Shown here in pieces: positions 53,867 to 61,220 of a stretch of 64,000 nucleotides of DNA; position 1 is the first letter of the stretch, and the number at the start of each line of letters is the position of its first letter. Both the position numbers and the translations under genes were made by a program. The notes below the pieces were generated by a model, which was given only the letters and a program-made list of their open reading frames with translations, ran no database searches and was not told the origin of the DNA. Source of the DNA: Brevinematales bacterium. GTDB taxonomy: Bacteria > Spirochaetota > Brevinematia > DTOW01. The stretch lies in the NCBI GenBank assembly GCA_026415355.1, contig JAOAHF010000011.1, positions 3,519 through 67,518 of the forward strand. Direction: 5' to 3'.

Positions 53867-54451
53867 ATGAAGATAGTGAGAATAGGAGATATACAAAACA
53901 TAAGCCATTCAAAGGAAAATAACGAAAAAAACCCAAGGAGTTTAGACTACAAATACGCTGATGAAATACTTATAAAACTAAAAGATCAAGGCATCCCAAG
54001 TTCTCTCAAGGAAGAAATGAGGACTATCCAAAGAGACATATCAATAGCCCAAGCAAAAGTAGAGGCCTTATCTAACGTTTCCAGAATCCTAAAAAACTAC
54101 TCCTCTTATACTGAAGAACTCAAAAATGAGCTTGAAAATATTTATAAAAACAGTAAATTCGAAGACATATTTTTACTCGAAGACATAAAAAAAGAGATAT
54201 TCTCAGGAGATATAGAAACAATTTATAAAGCACTTGATAGAGAACTTAATAATCTATCTGATACGATCGAAAAAAGCAGAAAAAATGTGAACGCAGTTAT
54301 GGTAAAATTTCAGAATATATCAACATTTATTGACAATATTTCAAGTGAACAAATTGAAAATACCGCGAAATTAATAATTTCGAGCTTCAAAAACACACAA
54401 GGAATCCTAAATATATCTCCAAACTCAATAATGAAATTTCTATCAAACTAA
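53867..54451 (+). CDS. Short divergent flagellin-like protein
   Basis: LKEEMRTIQRDISIAQAKVEALSNVSRIL ~ flagellin RNAQDGISxxQTAEGAL; NSKFEDIFLL ~ TxFNGxxLL; C-terminal NISPNSIMKFL ~ NQxPQxVLSLL. Confidence 0.6.
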   Translation: MKIVRIGDIQNISHSKENNEKNPRSLDYKYADEILIKLKDQGIPSSLKEEMRTIQRDISIAQAKVEALSNVSRILKNYSSYTEELKNELENIYKNSKFEDIFLLEDIKKEIFSGDIETIYKALDRELNNLSDTIEKSRKNVNAVMVKFQNISTFIDNISSEQIENTAKLIISSFKNTQGILNISPNSIMKFLSN

Positions 54452-54512
54452 CTTATCACTTTCCTAATCCATACCTTGAGAAAAATTTGTACTCAACGAA
54501 GAAGAATGTCTT

Positions 54513-56582
54513 TCACTGTACTTCAAACAAATCTTCAATAGTCGTAATTAACTTTAGTTTCCCTGCTAGTATTTCTACTTTACCATCGCTATACATCCTT
54601 GATATAACCCCAACCTGTTTGAACCTGTTAGAAAAAACTTTATCTCCCAATTTCGGATTTTTAACTCTATTACCACCATTAAACTCAAAAATTTCATCAA
54701 ACATCTTATAGGATATTTCAGAAATTTCCTTGTTAATCTCTTCAAGTTCCTTTTGAGTAACTTTTTCACCTATAAGTCTTTCGCGAATTTTTGAAACTTT
54801 CATTTTAAGTTCGTGTATATCAGCAATAAGTACATCTATCTCTTTTCTTCGTATTTTACCTAGTTTATCCTCCAACTCCGAAAGCTTCATTCTATAATCT
54901 TTTTTAATTCTTTCAATCTCTTGTATTTTCTCATTAAGCTCATCCTTTAGCTTCTGGACTTCTCTTCTTTCTTTTTGTACTTCGATTACAAATTTGTCAT
55001 ATATGTCAACTCCTTCAACCATAACCTTAAGAGCATCCTGGATTATATCATTATCAAGACCTAACTTATGCGCTATAAGTATAGCATTACTACTTCCTGG
55101 CATTCCCATAACCAACCTATACAATGGTCTAAGAGATTGTTCATCGAACTCCATATAGCTATTTTTGAAATACTCAAGTGAAAGTGGTAACTTTTTAACA
55201 AGTGAGTAGTGAGTAGCAACAACAATTTTAGCTTTTTTAAAAGCTAATCGTTTTAATATAGCCACTGCCAAAGCTTCACCCTCTCTAGGATCTGTACCCG
55301 TACCTATCTCGTCAATGATAACTAACGAGTTAAAATCCGAAACTTTTATTATCTCGTTAAGCCTTATTATATGAGCAGAAAAAGTCGAAAGGTTTCTTTC
55401 AATACTCTGGGGATCACCTATATCAACAAGTATCTTACTAAAGTAACCTATAACGGATGTAGATTCAGCGGGTATAAGAAGACCAGAAAGAGCCATAGCA
55501 GTCAAAAGTCCAACAGTTTTTATCGAAACTGTTTTACCAGAAGTGTTAGGCCCAGATATTATAAGTCCTCCAAACTCACTATCTCCATCACCTATTTCAA
55601 CATCTATAGGAACAGCATTTTTAAGAAGAGGATGTCTTGCCTTTATAAGTTTTATCTTTGGTTTTGAAGAAATAGTAGGTTTCTCACAGTTCATCAAAAC
55701 AGAATATTCCCCAAGAGCTCTAAGAGCATCAAATTCTGAAATGAGATCTATTATATCATCTACCATCCATGCCAAGCTACCAATCTTAGATGTTAAATCT
55801 CTAAGTATCCTTTCAACTTCTTTCTTCTCTTCATCAACTAACTCAAGATACCTTATTGAATAAGATTGAACAAATTTAGGCTCCACAAATGCTGTATGAC
55901 CTGTTGAAGATATATCTTGAACAAAACCATCGATCGCATTAACATATTCCATCTTAAGAGGTATCACAAATCTATTGTTTCTTATAGTCACGAATTTGTC
56001 TTGTAAAAACTCTTCATTTTCAGGCTGATTTATAAAATCATTTAGTATCTTCATAACAGTCAGCTCTATTCTTTCTTTTTCTGTTATTATTCTATCAAGT
56101 TTTTCAGAAGCAGTCCTTAATATACCACCATCTTTGTCTATACACCGAAAAACACTGTTTCTTATATCCTCAAACTTATCATAAAAATAATCTGTATCAA
56201 TTTTAACTACTTCTTTCAAAACCAAAAATTCATCATCCAAACTTGTAATAAAAATCAATAGATCCCTGAAAGATAGCATAAACTCATAAACACTGTATAT
56301 ATCTTTAGGGTTAAGAACACTACCACCTTTAGAGTATGTTTTCCAAATATTAACAATGCTATAGTCAATATAAGGTATTGTGATCCTATTGTATACCTTC
56401 TTCATCTTAGATATTAAAGAGTGACGGTATGATATAATACTAACTGCTTCTGAATAATTTTTAGTATAAGTAACTGGCCTGATCGATAAAACTTTTTCTC
56501 TTCCCTCTTTAGTTAAACAATTTGAAGAAATAATATCAAGAATTTTATCAAACTCAAGATCAGAAAGATACTTTAATTCCAT
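54513..56582 (-). CDS. mutS2: MutS2-family ATPase lacking the C-terminal Smr domain
   Basis: LEFDKI, SSTGHTAFVEP, SGPNTSGKT, DIGDPQSIERNLSTFSAH, DEIGTGTDPREG, coiled coil, KOW-like domain, then stop. Confidence 0.9.
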   Translation of the reverse strand: MELKYLSDLEFDKILDIISSNCLTKEGREKVLSIRPVTYTKNYSEAVSIISYRHSLISKMKKVYNRITIPYIDYSIVNIWKTYSKGGSVLNPKDIYSVYEFMLSFRDLLIFITSLDDEFLVLKEVVKIDTDYFYDKFEDIRNSVFRCIDKDGGILRTASEKLDRIITEKERIELTVMKILNDFINQPENEEFLQDKFVTIRNNRFVIPLKMEYVNAIDGFVQDISSTGHTAFVEPKFVQSYSIRYLELVDEEKKEVERILRDLTSKIGSLAWMVDDIIDLISEFDALRALGEYSVLMNCEKPTISSKPKIKLIKARHPLLKNAVPIDVEIGDGDSEFGGLIISGPNTSGKTVSIKTVGLLTAMALSGLLIPAESTSVIGYFSKILVDIGDPQSIERNLSTFSAHIIRLNEIIKVSDFNSLVIIDEIGTGTDPREGEALAVAILKRLAFKKAKIVVATHYSLVKKLPLSLEYFKNSYMEFDEQSLRPLYRLVMGMPGSSNAILIAHKLGLDNDIIQDALKVMVEGVDIYDKFVIEVQKERREVQKLKDELNEKIQEIERIKKDYRMKLSELEDKLGKIRRKEIDVLIADIHELKMKVSKIRERLIGEKVTQKELEEINKEISEISYKMFDEIFEFNGGNRVKNPKLGDKVFSNRFKQVGVISRMYSDGKVEILAGKLKLITTIEDLFEVQ

Positions 56583-56585
56583 AAA

Positions 56586-57206
56586 TTAAAGCTTTTGTTT
56601 ATTCTGCGAAAGTCTTTTAAGATCATTTATGTTGTGTATCTTTATTCCTTCCTTATCAACAGATATTTTACCCATTTTTACATATCTCCCTAGTATTTCC
56701 TCTGCTTCTTTAACAGATATACCTGTCCAGTGTGCAATATCTTCAATAGTACTACTTATCACAAACGATTTACTATCATCCTTTGCTACTCCTTCAGATA
56801 GCATTATCAACGTCTCAAGTACTCTTGTATCAGGTTCTTTTATACTGAGTATTCTGAGTTTTCTCTTAGCATCATAAATTCTTCTAGAGAAGTTTTTAAG
56901 CAACTTTAAAGCCCAAGGAGGATTATTTTTAGCTAAAATCTCAAAGTTATCTCTATCCACTTTTACTAATACAACATCAGTTTCAGCTATGACAGTAGCA
57001 GTTCTTTTATCGTTATCAATCAACGCCATTTCACCAAAAATTTCACCCGGACCTATTACATCTATTGTTTTTTCTTTATTATTCTGTATCTTTGTAATCC
57101 TAACTTTACCTTCTTTTATAACATACATCTCCTCACCAGGTTCAAACTCGCAAAATATTATATCTCCTTCATTAAACCTAACTTCAAAAGAATCAGCTTT
57201 ATCCAT
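56586..57206 (-). CDS. Crp/Fnr-family cyclic-nucleotide-binding regulator
   Basis: FGEMALID..RTATV phosphate-binding cassette; C-terminal HTH (IEDIAHWTG). Confidence 0.9.
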   Translation of the reverse strand: MDKADSFEVRFNEGDIIFCEFEPGEEMYVIKEGKVRITKIQNNKEKTIDVIGPGEIFGEMALIDNDKRTATVIAETDVVLVKVDRDNFEILAKNNPPWALKLLKNFSRRIYDAKRKLRILSIKEPDTRVLETLIMLSEGVAKDDSKSFVISSTIEDIAHWTGISVKEAEEILGRYVKMGKISVDKEGIKIHNINDLKRLSQNKQKL

Positions 57207-57207
57207 A

Positions 57208-57711
57208 TCACCTTACCTCGTAAAGTACTACTTTCTCTCCGTCCTTAAATATTATAACATAGTTTTCACCTATATCAACAACTTTTTCGTTCATTATAAT
57301 ATCACCAACTTTAGCATAAAAAGTACCAACTATCCCCAAATCAGATCTCCCCTCAAGAATAGCAACTCTCTGGTCGTTAACAAAAAATGTTCCTCTAAGA
57401 TTGAAAAAGGAAAAAACTGACTTTTTATTAGTATACCCAAAATCTTGGACCTTAGAAACTAACTTTGTAGAAGATACTCTTTCACTATCAAAAGGCCTTG
57501 AGAAAGGATTTCTAATAAAGTAAGTACCAACATCCACAACATCTTCTGACTTTGAATAATCACCTGAGATAACATATTCACTAGTAGAAATATCAACACT
57601 ATAAGAAATACCAAGGTAATCCATTATAACAGGTATAGAGACCCTAACAGCATTTGCCCAAATCAGTATAACCATAACTAAAAGTAGCCACTTAATAAAC
57701 TTACTATCCAT
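57208..57711 (-). CDS. PilP/GspC-like hypothetical protein
   Basis: N-terminal TM, RNPF, LRGT...VAIL...KVGD...VVDIGENYVII. Confidence 0.5.
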   Translation of the reverse strand: MDSKFIKWLLLVMVILIWANAVRVSIPVIMDYLGISYSVDISTSEYVISGDYSKSEDVVDVGTYFIRNPFSRPFDSERVSSTKLVSKVQDFGYTNKKSVFSFFNLRGTFFVNDQRVAILEGRSDLGIVGTFYAKVGDIIMNEKVVDIGENYVIIFKDGEKVVLYEVR

Positions 57712-57712
57712 T

Positions 57713-58906
57713 TTACCACCTTTTGAAACTACTAAACCACTTTCTTATGTATCCAAAATCTTCCTTGTTCATATTAACAAACTTTATAGCAGAGACAAAA
57801 TCATTATTTTCATAACCTATTCTAATAATCTCACCTATGATTTCAAAAAACCTTGCTCCTATCCTGAAATAGACCTTTACAGTATCATTCACATTAACAA
57901 AGTAAGCAATATGTTTATCAATTTTTATTTTCATTCCACCAAAACTTATGTCAATTATTGGTATAGGATAATCTCTATGCTCATTGAGAACAAAAAATCT
58001 ATTATAGCAGAAAAATTGCTCAACAAGATCAACCATTCCCAAAATTCTCATAAGTTTAGATAGATGATTGTAATTACTAACATTAATTATTTCATTACTA
58101 CATATCATGAGATAACCTAACAAATTATCAACTAAAAACATAGGTAGATAAATATAAGAATTAAAGCCTTTGGTGACATGGTAATTTACAAATGTCTTAA
58201 CCTCAGCATCAAACAAATTTCTTTTAGAAGGTTCTATAAAGTATCCATAACTAGCAAAACCATACATTCTGAAAGGTTCTAAAAATGATCTTGAATTTAT
58301 ATTACTTACAAGCAATCCTACCTTATTGTATCTAGGATACTTTAGCCATTCAAGTTGTGAAAACTCATCAATATACATAACTTCCCCGAAATCTTTACTC
58401 AAAATATCAATAGCTTTTTCCAAAACCTCTTCATAGGTTGTGTTTTGTAACCCTTTGTCAAATAAATTTCTCATGGACAACGGGAATCTGTTGATAAACT
58501 CTTTATCATCCATTTCTTTAACTATATTCAAACTAGCAAATAATATTCCTTCAACATTGTACCTTTCATACTCTCTATGATGTTTTTTTATTACACTAGA
58601 TGGTATAACACAAAAAAATTCGCTGTTTTCAATACGAACTATCTCAGAGTTAAAGAAAAAAACATCTTTACCATAAGGTACTATACAACTCATACCGTAA
58701 GGTAACTTTGGAATTTCAAGTGGAATCGAAGACTTTATATATAAGTAAAAATCATCAATCCTAGTTATTTGGGCTCTTACCTTCAAATCATCTATTATAA
58801 GAATTACTTCACTACCAGAAGACATGAAGAATTTCAGTATATTTACAGAAGTATCTGAACTAATCATACCAAAAATGATAAAACTCATTTCTACTCTTTT
58901 CAACAT
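57713..58906 (-). CDS. YcgR/PilZ-type c-di-GMP effector with GAF-like insert (DUF1577-like)
   Basis: N-terminal beta domain, REYER (RxxxR), about 200-aa insert (SYIYLPMFLVDNLLGYL), DISFGG (DxSxxG) PilZ barrel. Confidence 0.7.
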   Translation of the reverse strand: MLKRVEMSFIIFGMISSDTSVNILKFFMSSGSEVILIIDDLKVRAQITRIDDFYLYIKSSIPLEIPKLPYGMSCIVPYGKDVFFFNSEIVRIENSEFFCVIPSSVIKKHHREYERYNVEGILFASLNIVKEMDDKEFINRFPLSMRNLFDKGLQNTTYEEVLEKAIDILSKDFGEVMYIDEFSQLEWLKYPRYNKVGLLVSNINSRSFLEPFRMYGFASYGYFIEPSKRNLFDAEVKTFVNYHVTKGFNSYIYLPMFLVDNLLGYLMICSNEIINVSNYNHLSKLMRILGMVDLVEQFFCYNRFFVLNEHRDYPIPIIDISFGGMKIKIDKHIAYFVNVNDTVKVYFRIGARFFEIIGEIIRIGYENNDFVSAIKFVNMNKEDFGYIRKWFSSFKRW

Positions 58907-59082
58907 TTTACTACATCAAATTATTAGAACACCAAATTACTACAAGTATTATCAAATACTCTAAGAAGTTACAGTTCTGTTAAGTGTATAACCTAACTTT
59001 TAGCTCTTTGGAAATACCTATATCATAATAATTTAAATAAAGTCTATTGTTAGGATATTTAACTTCCGATAAATATGCTAGT

Positions 59083-60405
59083 ATGATTGTATTTCTTAAA
59101 CCTGGAATGATAATAACCCCAGAAGAAATATTAGAAGATAAAGGTATATACATAGATATAACAAATGGAAGGATTATAGAAATAAGTGATTATACATTAA
59201 GAGCAGACATAAACATAATACTAACCAAAGATACAATAGCAATACCTGGTATAATAAACGCTCATGATCATCTTCTAGGATCATACTGGCCTAGAGTTGG
59301 TGAAGGGCCACATATATCTTGGAAACCATGGGATGACATACTAAAGTCATCCGACGTGTATAAAGAAAGAAGCAAAATACCTAACTTTTACCTCTATCTT
59401 ATAGGTGCTTACAAAAATCTACTGTCAGGCGTAACAACAGTAATGGATCATATACCACACAAAGTTAATGATAATTTCATAGATAAACTCCCGGTAAAAG
59501 TTATAAAGGAATACTGTCTTGCTCATGAAGTTTCATCATACGATCTCAAGTGGGGTGATGGAATAGAAATAGAACACAAAAGAGCAGTAGAACGAAATTG
59601 GCCATTCGTTACACATATAGAAGAAGGATTTGACGAAGAATCTACGAAAGGAATTGATTACTTAGTTGAGTATAGAGCACTTACAGAACATACAGTTATG
59701 GTTCATGGATTAGCTTTATCAGATTATGACCTTGATAGAATTGCAGAAGCAGGTGCACACCTTGTAACCTGTCCAATATCAAATTATTTTATGTTTAAAC
59801 TTATAGCAAGATTGAAAGAGTGGTTAAATAGAGAGATAAATACATCTTTAGGTACCGACTCACCAATGTCCGGCGGAATAAACATCCTTGAAGAAATGAA
59901 ATTCCTAAAATATGCTTACAAAAACAAATATAATGAAGACCTAGATGATAAAACAATCTTGTATATGATAACTAAAAATCCAGCAAAAGCGTTTAGAATA
60001 GATCAAAATGTTGGATATATCAAGAAAGGATATCTAGCAGATATGACAATCTTTAGAAGGAAAACAAGCAATTTATTTGCAGACATAATAAATGCATGGT
60101 TTAATGATATTGAAATAGTATTCATAAATGGAATACCAAGATATGGATATGATTATTACGAAGATGTATTCAAGAAATTTTCTAACAAAATACCTTACTC
60201 AAAAGTAATAATTGATGGAAAAAGTAGAATTATCGTTGGTTCACTTGAGGAATTGATTAGAAACATCTGGGAATTTGTTGGATTCAAAAAACAATTACCT
60301 TTTATACCAATAACTATTGAGGATGACTATGGCAAGAGTAATAGTAGCGGTAATTATATTTCTGATCATACTCCTTCTAATATTAGCCTTCGTTTTCTAT
60401 ATTGA
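59083..60405 (+). CDS. Metal-dependent amidohydrolase (deaminase-like)
   Basis: PGIINAHDH, THIEEG, VHG, LGTDSP, ITKNPAKAF, GYIKKGYLAD. Confidence 0.88.
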   Translation: MIVFLKPGMIITPEEILEDKGIYIDITNGRIIEISDYTLRADINIILTKDTIAIPGIINAHDHLLGSYWPRVGEGPHISWKPWDDILKSSDVYKERSKIPNFYLYLIGAYKNLLSGVTTVMDHIPHKVNDNFIDKLPVKVIKEYCLAHEVSSYDLKWGDGIEIEHKRAVERNWPFVTHIEEGFDEESTKGIDYLVEYRALTEHTVMVHGLALSDYDLDRIAEAGAHLVTCPISNYFMFKLIARLKEWLNREINTSLGTDSPMSGGINILEEMKFLKYAYKNKYNEDLDDKTILYMITKNPAKAFRIDQNVGYIKKGYLADMTIFRRKTSNLFADIINAWFNDIEIVFINGIPRYGYDYYEDVFKKFSNKIPYSKVIIDGKSRIIVGSLEELIRNIWEFVGFKKQLPFIPITIEDDYGKSNSSGNYISDHTPSNISLRFLY

Positions 60406-60457
60406 CTATAGAAATAAAAAAAGACAATACGAAATGCGTAATAAATCACAGAAATAG
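60329..60457 (+). CDS. Small single-TM protein (42 aa), not in the ORF track
   Basis: GAGGA SD 5 nt before ATG; MARVIVAVIIFLIILLLILAFVFYIDYRNKKRQYEMRNKSQK; overlaps the amidohydrolase 3' end. Confidence 0.55.
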   Translation: MARVIVAVIIFLIILLLILAFVFYIDYRNKKRQYEMRNKSQK

Positions 60458-60659
60458 AATTATCACCTAATTCCCTTGTATAAGACAATAATGATGATTA
60501 GCTATACAACTTGATATCATCTCTCAATTAAAAACCTTTCAACTCGAGTTAAAAACTGTTTATCAAAAAGTTAAAAAAATAATACTTCACCCAACATAGT
60601 TTACTTAAAAAACAGTATTAACTAAAACGCTTAATAACACAACTGTAAAAATTAGGTAG

Positions 60660-61115
60660 CTACTTACCTATCTGGAGCGATTTTTCAAACATCTGTCTTG
60701 TCGAATTTATAACTGTTACATTTGCTTCGTAAGATCTCGAAGCAGATATCAAATCAACCATCTCTTGTACTATATTTACGTTTGGGTAAAGGACATATCC
60801 TTTGTACTTACCGTGCTTAATTGCATCAGGATGCGATGGATCATAAACCATTCTTGGCGGTGAATCATCTTTTTCGACTTTAACAACTTTAACTCCTGCC
60901 CCCTGCCCAGGCTGTAACGCTTCTGGAAGTAGATGACTTTTAAATTTAAGACTATCATCTCTCGGCATAAGAACAACCCTTTGTCTCTGGTATGGACCAC
61001 CTTCGGTAGTCCTTGTAGTTTCAACATTTGCTATATTGTTTGCAATAACATCAATCCTAAATCTTTGAGTAGTAAGCCCACTACCTGCTATATTAAGAGA
61101 TGTAAACATTCCCAT
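60660..61115 (-). CDS. flgC: Flagellar basal-body rod protein FlgC
   Basis: SGLTTQRFRIDVIANNIAN, GGPYQRQ, YDPSHPDA, PNVNIVQEMVDLISASRSYEAN. Confidence 0.96.
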   Translation of the reverse strand: MGMFTSLNIAGSGLTTQRFRIDVIANNIANVETTRTTEGGPYQRQRVVLMPRDDSLKFKSHLLPEALQPGQGAGVKVVKVEKDDSPPRMVYDPSHPDAIKHGKYKGYVLYPNVNIVQEMVDLISASRSYEANVTVINSTRQMFEKSLQIGK

Positions 61116-61220
61116 ATATAAATTTATCGTAATTTATTTACAAAACATAAAATAATTCACCAAAAAATCAACCTAGAAATTATATTTACAACTTTACAAA
61201 AACTACTTTATACTTAATAA

